IMG/VR virus record: IMGVR_UViG_3300021979_000004
Location: 153,983-217,982 of that record
From: a virus
Lineage: Duplodnaviria > Caudoviricetes
DNA length: 64,000 bases
Reading direction: 5' to 3' (one strand)
The position numbers and the translations under genes are program-made. The number at the start of each line of letters is the position of its first letter. Positions within the stretch are counted from its first letter, which is position 1. This document shows positions 53,865 through 62,483 of this stretch, in pieces. The notes under the pieces were generated by a model. It made no database searches. It saw only the letters and a program-made list of their open reading frames with translations, and had not been told where the DNA came from.

Positions 53865-55523
53865 TTAATAGTTTTCGAAATATTCTAACACTTCTTTACG
53901 ATCAGCAATATCATACTCTATGTTATCAAACCGAATACCTAGAAGCTTCAGCTTTTTAAGTTGTTTGATATCAGAACACTTCATGGATATTGTAAGCTTT
54001 TCAGTAGATAGATATACATCAGCAATCATCGATATTAAGTAGTCATCATCCATCCAACCTTTAACACAATACTCAAAAATCTTTGTGTGCTTAACCGTGT
54101 AATAGCTTCGATAACTATTCTTCGATTCCTGTATAAAGCAATAATAAGGGTTGTCTCGCTTTTTCACATTCTGTTCAAACAGTTCACTAGACTTTTCTTC
54201 ACAATAACGAAAGATACTAGTTTCTTTATCTCTTCCTGTATCTGCTCTATAATTTGTATTTTTATATCCAGAGCGATTTGTGATTTTGGCTTCTTTGTCC
54301 TGTTCCGCTATCCATCGAATTACTTTAACCAAAGACTTAGTACTCTTAGGCTCATAATATACTTTCAGCTTAAACTTCGAATCAGAATGACTAGGTGATA
54401 CGGGTTTCTTAGTAGTTGCTTTAATACCCAATCTACGAGTCAAGTAGTTGATTTTTTCTTGATATAATTTATATTCTTCAACGTCCGTTAGGATCGATGC
54501 ATTCCACTCACCAGTAGGATGCATCTTAGCCACTTGTCTATGGTACATATCATAAACCTTAGATAAGTCAGAATCTAACGTTAATGGTTCACGAGTCTTA
54601 CGTAAAACCATTACAGATTCCAATTGTAAAGGATATACGGTAACTCGATACTCAGTTCTATTATCAACCATAGTTGTGAAAATAGAACGGTCTTTTTGTT
54701 CGATTCGTTCAGTAGTACGAAAGTCATGTGTATGGCACATGCCAGAATCTTTTAAAATTCTAGGGAGTTCATAATTTTCATCAGCAAGAGAATATTTTAT
54801 AAAATCTCTAACATGACGACTTATTAAAATACTACTTCTAGGATGGAAAAGATCATCCCCAAAATCAGTTTCACATTCATGTGTAAAATCGCATTGATTT
54901 AATACCACATGTGCATTACCACGATATTCCATAATTGCACGGTTATATCTATCTGCATTCTGTATCGCAGTTAGCTTAAACTCATCAGCATAATTCTCAA
55001 CTAGATTTTTAACATATATATCAAAAAGTCTAGTGTAGGTAGCATCACCATTATCAAGTGCGGTGAATAATGGAACTAGACCTTTCTTTTTATCATTAAC
55101 AAAGAATATTTCATTCAATACTCCCATTTCTCTTCGTAAAGATTCTTTATATTCTTCGCTTGGGTGGTGTCTATAAAGACCATAAAGCATAAGAAAGTAA
55201 TAGTTCAATGAAGATACGTTAGGGAACCCAAAAAAGTTTTCATTCACACTGGTATAACATACCTTATACGCATTCTCATAAAAGCTGTTATCTTTTACAA
55301 ATCCAGTTCTAGGCAAAATATTATGATCTAGGTTATCATACGAAATACCAGTGAAAAGGGATAACATGGTAGGATCATTGGTAATGTGACCACAATAGTT
55401 ACGATACTTCATTTCATTTCTAGTTTTTGGGGTCATGATAAGACCCACATCTTCTAAGTTAATATAGCTTGACTTTGCAATTGAATGTTGGGGAGTTTTC
55501 AAATGAACAAATTTAGGATTCAT
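53865..55523 (-). CDS. Hypothetical protein
   Basis: 552-aa ORF with 4-nt overlap to the upstream gene. Confidence 0.6.
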   Translation of the reverse strand: MNPKFVHLKTPQHSIAKSSYINLEDVGLIMTPKTRNEMKYRNYCGHITNDPTMLSLFTGISYDNLDHNILPRTGFVKDNSFYENAYKVCYTSVNENFFGFPNVSSLNYYFLMLYGLYRHHPSEEYKESLRREMGVLNEIFFVNDKKKGLVPLFTALDNGDATYTRLFDIYVKNLVENYADEFKLTAIQNADRYNRAIMEYRGNAHVVLNQCDFTHECETDFGDDLFHPRSSILISRHVRDFIKYSLADENYELPRILKDSGMCHTHDFRTTERIEQKDRSIFTTMVDNRTEYRVTVYPLQLESVMVLRKTREPLTLDSDLSKVYDMYHRQVAKMHPTGEWNASILTDVEEYKLYQEKINYLTRRLGIKATTKKPVSPSHSDSKFKLKVYYEPKSTKSLVKVIRWIAEQDKEAKITNRSGYKNTNYRADTGRDKETSIFRYCEEKSSELFEQNVKKRDNPYYCFIQESKNSYRSYYTVKHTKIFEYCVKGWMDDDYLISMIADVYLSTEKLTISMKCSDIKQLKKLKLLGIRFDNIEYDIADRKEVLEYFENY

Positions 55524-55993
55524 GCAATCTCCATTATATTCCTAATCGCTTCAACCACCTGTTCAGTGTTCGAAACGTCTTTTACAGTTAATACGTAAAT
55601 GTAACCAGTGGGCGAAAGTTTAATTTTACAATGGTTTTTGAAATCGTTGATTTGTTCTTTCTTTAGAACATACCCACAGTCATGACTTCCAATAGTAGTT
55701 CCAGAACCGTTAGTTCCAAAATACATACTGAGTTGATCCGGCATACCAGAAACTTCGGATACGCCGGTATTAATGGTTTTGAACAACTCATACATGTTGC
55801 TAAGATTGACAGTCTCATACTTACCGTAGATACCAGTGGAACACTCTGTGACTGGTATCACAACAAGGTCTTGAGTAACTTCGATATTTGAGCCTTCTTT
55901 CGGTGATCTTAGAATCATATGAATCTCATGATCGGTACTCGAAAGAATTTCAGAAACCTTAAGTGCAACATCTATGTTTTTGTTCATATTCAA
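55520..55993 (-). CDS. Hypothetical protein
   Basis: 157-aa ORF with 4-nt overlaps on both sides. Confidence 0.55.
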   Translation of the reverse strand: MNMNKNIDVALKVSEILSSTDHEIHMILRSPKEGSNIEVTQDLVVIPVTECSTGIYGKYETVNLSNMYELFKTINTGVSEVSGMPDQLSMYFGTNGSGTTIGSHDCGYVLKKEQINDFKNHCKIKLSPTGYIYVLTVKDVSNTEQVVEAIRNIMEIA

Positions 55994-57171
55994 CCCATCT
56001 TTTTAGAAATTTTTGATAATTGTACAAGACATGATGATAACACAATTTCCCTGTTGGCTACAACCGTATCGTCAACGTATGCTTTACGAATTGTTAACAG
56101 TGCAGCGTCCTGTCCATCATCAGTACTTGAAAACCACTGTAAGTTTTTATACAGCATTTTGTAGAAGTCATCGTATAGGTTGTCTGTGATATTGGAAACA
56201 ATCTTATTACGAGCTTCCTTAATCATACCCTGTTCGAAGTATACGATAGCCTCTTTCATCCAATCAGGATCATCTTCTGTCGCTTCCTTAGATTCGGCCT
56301 TTAGAATGCCTTGGACAGTGTTATGTTCTAGGGCGTTGATAGTGCGCCTCATGTCAGGGTAATAGCGCTCAACGTATTCTAGGAGCGTGTCAGCATCGCA
56401 TTGTACATGTTCTTTAGTTAGAATTTCATAAACACGTGCAACGAAACTGTCTTTGTCTAGAGTGTTAAATGTGATTGTGTGCAGTCTAGACTTCAAAGGC
56501 GCAATAATCTTATGAGGATAGTTTGCGGTCAGAATGAAACGACAACTGTCATACATTTCACCAATTAGGTTACGCAATGCTGTCATAAACGCAGGCGTTG
56601 TTTCATCAACTTCGTCTAGGATAACAACACGTCCCATTTCACCAAATGATGAACGCTCTACGAATGTAATAATCTCATCACGAATAGTATCAATACCTTT
56701 TGATACAGAAGCTGCGATATACTTCACGTCTACATCTTCGAAGTCACATTCATTGACTAGGATGTACGCCAACGTTGTATTGTGATGGATAACCCCGTTC
56801 GGCGTTATATATTGATGTGGGCTAGGAAGCGCAACGTCATAAACATCGCCTTCCCCATGATCAATAATTCCTACAATTTCTTTATATCCATCTACTGTAT
56901 CTACTTTATCAGTATCACTTATAAACACAGGCTTACTATTTTCAAATACTACATGTTTGGTAGAACACTTCAATGAAGAATCATCAGAGAAAACATACTC
57001 TGCTATTTGGTGGCGCTTTTTAACAAACTTTTCAACGGGTACAAACCCCAAGGGTGAGTTGATTTTAACGTGAACATTGGTTCTCACAGGACTATCATAT
57101 TCAATGTCATCAATATTCAAAATATTAAATAATTGTTTAATTGGAATTCTATAATTTTCGGTAGTGTTCAT
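55990..57171 (-). CDS. Split-intein C fragment (131 aa) fused to the C-extein of the clamp-loader AAA+ subunit (gp44/RFC-like)
   Basis: Intein block B CSTKH, blocks F/G VYDVALPSPHQYITPNGVIHHN ending at 56779, then +1 Thr TTLA..., Walker B VVILDEVD, RFILTANY, SRL (SRC-like) motif. Confidence 0.92.
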   Translation of the reverse strand: MNTTENYRIPIKQLFNILNIDDIEYDSPVRTNVHVKINSPLGFVPVEKFVKKRHQIAEYVFSDDSSLKCSTKHVVFENSKPVFISDTDKVDTVDGYKEIVGIIDHGEGDVYDVALPSPHQYITPNGVIHHNTTLAYILVNECDFEDVDVKYIAASVSKGIDTIRDEIITFVERSSFGEMGRVVILDEVDETTPAFMTALRNLIGEMYDSCRFILTANYPHKIIAPLKSRLHTITFNTLDKDSFVARVYEILTKEHVQCDADTLLEYVERYYPDMRRTINALEHNTVQGILKAESKEATEDDPDWMKEAIVYFEQGMIKEARNKIVSNITDNLYDDFYKMLYKNLQWFSSTDDGQDAALLTIRKAYVDDTVVANREIVLSSCLVQLSKISKKMG

Positions 57172-58642
57172 TTATAAACCTCTTACAATCTTCTATTGCT
57201 TTTTTGTAATTTCTATTAACTTCGTTAGACCATATTACTTTAACATGATAACCCAATTTTTCAATATCTTTTATCTTATTCTCGTCATCATGCCAAATAT
57301 CTGCGGCAAATCTATTTTGTACAGGATGCCAATGTTTGCCTAAAAAATCTTCTGGATCACAATGCCAAAAGCTTCCATAGTATTCAATGACACAATTCCC
57401 CAACTTATAATCCAAAAAATAAAATTTTGACTCTTCAGTTCTAATCCAATGCTCTTTCCCTTTATAATCAGTTATAGATTGGTTTCTAAGTTCATTTGGT
57501 AAACTATCATCTAAGCTCTTAAAAAAGTCATTTGACTCTTTTGATACCCCTCTAAATTGGGACATACGGTTTTTTATTATAACGTTGGCCTTTTCAATAC
57601 CATGCTCTTCAACCAATTGCTTATATGTTCGTCCTTTTGATTGGTTTATAGAGTCACGTTCATGTTTAGGTCTTGTATTAAAGCTTTCTTGAGATTTTTT
57701 TATCCTATTTTCAACAATCGAGTTCGCTTTTTGTTCGTCTATGCCTTTAGATGTATAAAAGTCAACATCTCTTGACTGTATTTCTTTGACTCGTACATCT
57801 ACTTCCCATGGAAGAATACCTTTACTTAGCCAGTATTCCTTTGATCTAGCGCTTATTAGGTTTTCATAGTTTCTCTTATTAGACGATTCCGACTGAAACT
57901 TCCTCACCATATCTTTCGCTTCATAAACCGAATACCCTTTAGAAGTCCAATATTCTATTGTCGATTTAAATACTTGGTGTGATTGTTTAACCATTCGTTC
58001 ACGCCATTCGTTATATTTTTCTATCCAATGATCCGAATATCTAGCTTTAAAGTATTCGATATCGTGAATACTACTGTTTTTAATTGTATCATATCTATTA
58101 ACAAACCCAGATTCATAATATTTTATCATATCACAAATGATATATAAGTTATCGTGGAACTCCGAATAATCTCTAGAATTAAGAAGGCTATTTAGCTCAC
58201 TCTTAATATCTGGTGTTATTTCTATATCATACAAATTTTTCTTAACAACACGTTTATTTAAAAACGCATCCGCCTTGTGTTTAGAACTCAGTTTCATTTT
58301 ACTAGACAAATTTTTTCGACGTTTATTGTACTTTTCCGTACCATCTTTGATACCCCACAATAGTATAAAATTTTCCAAAGAATGTCTAGGTGAGTTTATA
58401 CATCGTTGATACATATCGAACAAATCATCTATATAATCATTATTTGTCAGTATTCTTGCTAATGTAACATAAAGCGAATCCGAAGGCTCTTTTTGATTTT
58501 CAGCCATCCACTTAACCCAAAACTCTAATAACAATTTTTTCTTTTTATCATCAAGAACTACCGTTATTTTTTTCTTTTTTAAAATACTCCTGTTTGGAAA
58601 CTCTTCTACTCTATCAGTTGCAGTCTTTCTTGCTCGACCCAT
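57149..58642 (-). mobile_element. Free-standing Vsr-like (EDxHD-type) homing endonuclease
   Basis: C-terminal SK.S..FF...FLDY....VIEYYGSFWH...D..K....KLGY.VKVIW; N-terminal (Y/F)W.SKG repeats; sits between the split-gene halves; start moved to ATG 58642 (GAGGG RBS). Confidence 0.85.
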
Positions 58643-58643
58643 A

Positions 58644-58700
58644 TATAATTCCCTCATTTTTTCTTATATGTTTATATTTATAGAAAATGAGGGAATTATA
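58644..58700 (-). promoter_or_regulatory. RBS-sequestering 17-bp hairpin with late promoter in the loop
   Basis: TATAATTCCCTCATTTT (58644-58660) / AAAATGAGGGAATTATA (58684-58700); TATAAATA on - at 58675-58682. Confidence 0.85.
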
Positions 58701-58708
58701 GTTCAGTA

Positions 58709-58954
58709 TCAGGATCGTTTATATTTTTCTAAAAGACGTAATTGTTCTTCTGATAACGTTTCCGTGTCTATTTCAACGTCAATATATTCAGAACCGTCAA
58801 GACACTTACCTGTGCCGGGAGGTCCAGCTAGAAGAAGATGTGGGAACTCTTTCTGATGTACCCATTCTTCGATTTTACTTTTAATGTGATCGTCTACAAA
58901 AACAAAACCGTCCAATGTTTTCGGACGGTACTTTTTATACCATAGTTGCTTCAT
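58709..58954 (-). CDS. N-extein of the clamp-loader AAA+ subunit (50 aa) fused to split-intein N fragment (31 aa)
   Basis: LWYKKYRPKTL...PHLLLAGPPGTGK (RFC box II and Walker A), then CLDGSEYIDV (intein block A, Cys1 at 58802-58804), then stop. Confidence 0.92.
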   Translation of the reverse strand: MKQLWYKKYRPKTLDGFVFVDDHIKSKIEEWVHQKEFPHLLLAGPPGTGKCLDGSEYIDVEIDTETLSEEQLRLLEKYKRS

Positions 58955-59024
58955 TACTTTACCTCTTACGTTTCTATATAAGGTATCATTGAATTGTTAG
59001 TTGTCAATACACAATCTTAAAACT

Positions 59025-59049
59025 AAAAAGTGGCCTAAAGGCCACTTTT
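59025..59049. terminator. Intrinsic terminator
   Basis: AAAAGTGGCC-TAAA-GGCCACTTTT at the end of groES; a TTGACA promoter for the clamp-loader gene lies just beyond it. Confidence 0.75.
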
Positions 59050-59374
59050 ATATACTATCGTTTATAACGACATCATCAGGTTTTTCATCTGAAACAGCAA
59101 GGATACTTTTATATTCGATCATCCAAAAATCTTTAATCTCACCGGCTTCGTCTTTATCACGAAACTTATGAGTCCAGCGTCCATGCTCCACAAGTACCCA
59201 CATTCCCTTTGAAACAAGTTCGGCCTTCTCACCGGTTGTATAAACCTTTGCCCATCTTGCGCGAATTCCGTGTGTTTTACCATCATCATCGCGTAGAATA
59301 ATACCTGATTTTGTTTTACGTTCACCGTGTTCAAGGTCGGTGGCTATGACTCGATCACCAAAGGTTTCGATCAT
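59048..59374 (-). CDS. groES: GroES-like co-chaperonin (Cpn10)
   Basis: GDRVI...ERKTKSGIIL mobile loop, V...G....V..G..VL, ..ILAV. Confidence 0.8.
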   Translation of the reverse strand: MIETFGDRVIATDLEHGERKTKSGIILRDDDGKTHGIRARWAKVYTTGEKAELVSKGMWVLVEHGRWTHKFRDKDEAGEIKDFWMIEYKSILAVSDEKPDDVVINDSI

Positions 59375-59763
59375 TCTTCACCCCCATCAGTTTTATCGTC
59401 TGATGGTGCACTGTCACCAGAATCTTCTTTTTTGGTGTCAGATTCTTTAACAGTTTGAGTGTTTTGTGTTGGCTTACTTTCAGTCTTTTTCTGAGTTGCG
59501 GCCTTTTTCTTAGTCACTGAACTAAGATCAGGCAAGTCTTCATCAACCTCATCTAGTAGTGATGACTTAATAACACTGTTACTGACATTGCGGTTATAGT
59601 CACGCGCTCTGTCTTCTTTAGATTGTTTGATTCGACCTTTCTCATCAAGGATATCACCACGAGCATTCATGTTGGCATTACCAACCGCCTGTTCTTTATC
59701 TTTTCCTTTGATAATATCGTCAAAATCTACAACTTTACCTTTATATGTTCTACTTTTTGCCAT
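59371..59763 (-). CDS. Conserved phage protein upstream of groES
   Basis: RTYKGK.VD...AVGNANMNARGD.L pattern; acidic low-complexity tail. Confidence 0.6.
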   Translation of the reverse strand: MAKSRTYKGKVVDFDDIIKGKDKEQAVGNANMNARGDILDEKGRIKQSKEDRARDYNRNVSNSVIKSSLLDEVDEDLPDLSSVTKKKAATQKKTESKPTQNTQTVKESDTKKEDSGDSAPSDDKTDGGEE

Positions 59764-59788
59764 GCTTATTTACCTCATGTTTTTATTT

Positions 59789-60328
59789 TTATTTGAAAAA
59801 CTCTTTATAGTCAATATCGTAATCTAAAGGATTGACTTTATTTATACCAATTAAATACAGGGTAAAACATGCTACCGAGCTACCACGTCCTACTCCCCAT
59901 ACAATACCATTCTTTCTCATAACGTCAACCAAGTAAATCATAAGATTTATAATAATAACCTGATCACGTTTTAGAAACTCTTCCAGTTCCTGAATAAGCC
60001 TAACCTTTTCTTTTTCCGATTTGCATTTTTTAGAAAGATAATCTACCACATCGATGTTTCTATATTCCTTCGGAATCAACCAAGTTTCGGATAAACGTTC
60101 GAAGTAGTTTTCTACGTTCTCTCTCTTTTTCGGAATCTCATAAAAGCTTTTTGGCTCAGAGCCAAATTCTCTACAACTGTTATTGTATTGCTCAACTTCA
60201 TCGTTATCGGTCAAGAAACAGCCACTAACATCCTCACCCGATAACATAGCCTCAACAACATCTTCAGTAGAAAGTACGACTCTACCATATTCATCGATAG
60301 AGTCTATAAGCTTTTGATTTTTAATCAT
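59789..60328 (-). CDS. Stand-alone DnaE (Pol III alpha)-like fragment
   Basis: GVGRGSSVA..TLYLIGI..VNPL.Y.I.Y.EFF matches the DnaE palm-proximal motif; ends before the catalytic PDID aspartates. Confidence 0.75.
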   Translation of the reverse strand: MIKNQKLIDSIDEYGRVVLSTEDVVEAMLSGEDVSGCFLTDNDEVEQYNNSCREFGSEPKSFYEIPKKRENVENYFERLSETWLIPKEYRNIDVVDYLSKKCKSEKEKVRLIQELEEFLKRDQVIIINLMIYLVDVMRKNGIVWGVGRGSSVACFTLYLIGINKVNPLDYDIDYKEFFK

Positions 60329-60329
60329 G

Positions 60330-61313
60330 TTACAGCCTTACAATAGTTGGTCCACTCTTAGGTGGCTCTTCATCATCGTCACTATCATCCGAAGATTCAG
60401 GTTCTTCTGTTCCAATACCCTTAACTTTTTTCATACGGTCCATGATGGAATTTCGAATAGTACCTTCAGTGTCATCATAGTCACCAAACATACTACCGTC
60501 AGAAATTGACTCCAATGCTTCCTGAAGATCAAACCCTAAGCTGTCTGCTAGCGCTTGAATCTCTTCTAATAGCTCTCTAGGAATCTCACCACTTTCTTTA
60601 TACTCTTCTAAAATTTTCTGCGCCAAACTAATATCTTCTTCGAGGGTTTCAGTCTGTTTATTAATCGCTTCCATATCAACACCTAGATCAATATTGTAAG
60701 CCACCAATTGACCTAGTTCTTCTTCCGTAAGATCATCAATGTTATTGAAGAAGTCGCGTAGCTCACCTGTTGGACGCTTCCACCAAGGATTAGTCATAAC
60801 AATTTCTTCACCTTCTTCAAGAGCTTGTCCCAACATTTCATTGATTGCACCTACCCATGACTCTTCGTCAACCAGAGGATTTTCTTCATTAAGTGATTTT
60901 AGGTCAAGATCAACCTGAACATCCATAGGTACTTGAGAAACAAACTTAAATGATGTGAGTTCCATACTATCGCCTAAGATAGCCTGAACTTTGTAGAACA
61001 TGAACACTGCAAACTCATACGCAGTGAAGTGTGTCACTGGCATTTCAATAGTTGGTAAATTGATATCGCCAGTTACAAACTTTGATGTTGACTGAGAAAA
61101 GCTAGACAATGCGAGTGATCCATGAATGTTTGATAGGAAATTGCTAGCGGCTTTAATCTTCTCACTGCTTGTGATACCATAAAGCATTTTTAGTCCAAAT
61201 TCAAAATGACCCACATAAGTTTTAATACCAAGCACGTCATCCTCAAACATAAGAATGGCAATTGGGTCAGTTTTATAATTGAATGTGGACTTAATAATAG
61301 TTTCTTTTTTCAT
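60330..61313 (-). CDS. Hypothetical acidic protein
   Basis: 327-aa ORF in operon with the DnaE-like gene. Confidence 0.6.
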   Translation of the reverse strand: MKKETIIKSTFNYKTDPIAILMFEDDVLGIKTYVGHFEFGLKMLYGITSSEKIKAASNFLSNIHGSLALSSFSQSTSKFVTGDINLPTIEMPVTHFTAYEFAVFMFYKVQAILGDSMELTSFKFVSQVPMDVQVDLDLKSLNEENPLVDEESWVGAINEMLGQALEEGEEIVMTNPWWKRPTGELRDFFNNIDDLTEEELGQLVAYNIDLGVDMEAINKQTETLEEDISLAQKILEEYKESGEIPRELLEEIQALADSLGFDLQEALESISDGSMFGDYDDTEGTIRNSIMDRMKKVKGIGTEEPESSDDSDDDEEPPKSGPTIVRL

Positions 61314-61630
61314 GAAACACCTTTTATAATTGTTTTAATATTGTTTCGTAATTCTTCACTAAGCACTTTGGATTGAAATGTAGAAAAGGCACGTTCTTTC
61401 AAAGCACTGTTGTTGACACCATAATGTGAATCTGTATCTGTTTTAACACGGATACCATGTTTTGACAATTCCAAAGACACGATATATTGTTTACTTGCTC
61501 CATATTGCTGATAAACATTGTATCTAATCTTAGTTACATAATCATTTTCATAGCTTGCATTAATAGAAATAAACCGATTGTTACCAATGTGGGTCTTCTT
61601 GGATACGATTGTGCCTTTAGGTTTATTCAA
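61310..61630 (-). CDS. Hypothetical protein
   Basis: 106 aa; GGAGG RBS; 4-nt overlaps. Confidence 0.55.
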   Translation of the reverse strand: MNKPKGTIVSKKTHIGNNRFISINASYENDYVTKIRYNVYQQYGASKQYIVSLELSKHGIRVKTDTDSHYGVNNSALKERAFSTFQSKVLSEELRNNIKTIIKGVS

Positions 61631-61932
61631 GTATTTCCTCCTATTTTATATGTTTGGGTTAAATCGAAAACAGACAACTCTTTTAAAGTTTCATTACCTT
61701 CACCATCTTTTACAATTTCAAGAGGTGGTTTTTCAAATGCTTTTTTCATCAGATCAAGTGATTGAAAAGCGTCATTGAAATCTTCGAATCCTTCAAGTGT
61801 TATTGCATCCTTAGTCCAAGCATTAGGTATCAGGTCTTTGTCATAATAAACCTCATGAATGGCAAAGGATTTTATTTCCTCACCATTATACATTGTATAT
61901 GTGCTTCGTATTAATCTGTAATTCCAAGACAT
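61627..61932 (-). CDS. Conserved small phage protein (WNYR...IHEVYY)
   Basis: MSWNYRL...FAIHEVYYD pattern. Confidence 0.6.
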   Translation of the reverse strand: MSWNYRLIRSTYTMYNGEEIKSFAIHEVYYDKDLIPNAWTKDAITLEGFEDFNDAFQSLDLMKKAFEKPPLEIVKDGEGNETLKELSVFDLTQTYKIGGNT

Positions 61933-61936
61933 TATA

Positions 61937-62449
61937 TTACCTTATAAAATAGAATCGGTATTCGCCAGTTAAAGCCAGTACTGATCCACTAAGAACTGAA
62001 ATCTTAACACTGAATCGGTTTATGTCAACCCTCATATAAGCCGAAGGGATGGGTACAACATCCCATCCTACACTAAGATGTTCTTTGTATCCGGTTGTCA
62101 TCAAAAGCTCTGCACCAAAAGAAATATACTGGTTAGGCTCATACAAATCCTTATGAATACCAATAGCATAAGACTCTTCGTAATATGAATTATTGAATCT
62201 TGCAAAGCTCACCTTATAATCGTTCTTCAAATAGAACTTGATAGAGAAGTAATCATTCGTTTCATTATAATCACGTTGTAATCCAGTACTATCATCACCA
62301 AATGTTTGTCCAAACAAATGCTTGGTATAAAGTCCTGTAACAACAGAAACAGATTCTGCCTCAAAAAATTCATCAATATAGCTACCGGCATGTGAAGCCA
62401 ATGGGAGCATAAAGATGAGAATTGCAATAATTAACCTCGTAAATCGCAT
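61937..62449 (-). CDS. Outer-membrane beta-barrel protein, PagP-like
   Basis: Signal peptide ending ASHA; TKH, YNE.N, FNNSY, TGY motifs; alternating beta-strands; aromatic-rich C-terminus. Confidence 0.55.
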   Translation of the reverse strand: MRFTRLIIAILIFMLPLASHAGSYIDEFFEAESVSVVTGLYTKHLFGQTFGDDSTGLQRDYNETNDYFSIKFYLKNDYKVSFARFNNSYYEESYAIGIHKDLYEPNQYISFGAELLMTTGYKEHLSVGWDVVPIPSAYMRVDINRFSVKISVLSGSVLALTGEYRFYFIR

Positions 62450-62468
62450 GTTTATATCCTCTATGTAG

Positions 62469-62476
62469 TATAAATA
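62469..62476 (+). promoter_or_regulatory. T4-type late promoter TATAAATA
   Basis: Only 7 nt before ATG 62484. Confidence 0.65.
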
Positions 62477-62483
62477 CTATACC

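Noticed and set aside
52587-54398. Plus-strand ORFs 52587..53018, 53295..53513, 53592..53888 and 54087..54398
   Set aside because: All are antisense shadows of better-supported minus-strand genes.
58643-58657. Track start MRELY for the endonuclease
   Set aside because: The GAGGG Shine-Dalgarno lies downstream of that ATG and correctly spaced for ATG 58642.
57171-58712. Group I or II intron interpretation of the clamp-loader interruption
   Set aside because: Both flanks carry protein intein motifs (Cys1 block A; blocks B, F, G with terminal His-Asn and +1 Thr), each fragment has its own start and stop, and the non-coding space (about 50 nt) is too small for a ribozyme core.
60330-61313. Possible QueD/T-fold similarity of the N-terminal region
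   Set aside because: None of the diagnostic His/Cys/Glu motifs are identifiable; left as hypothetical.
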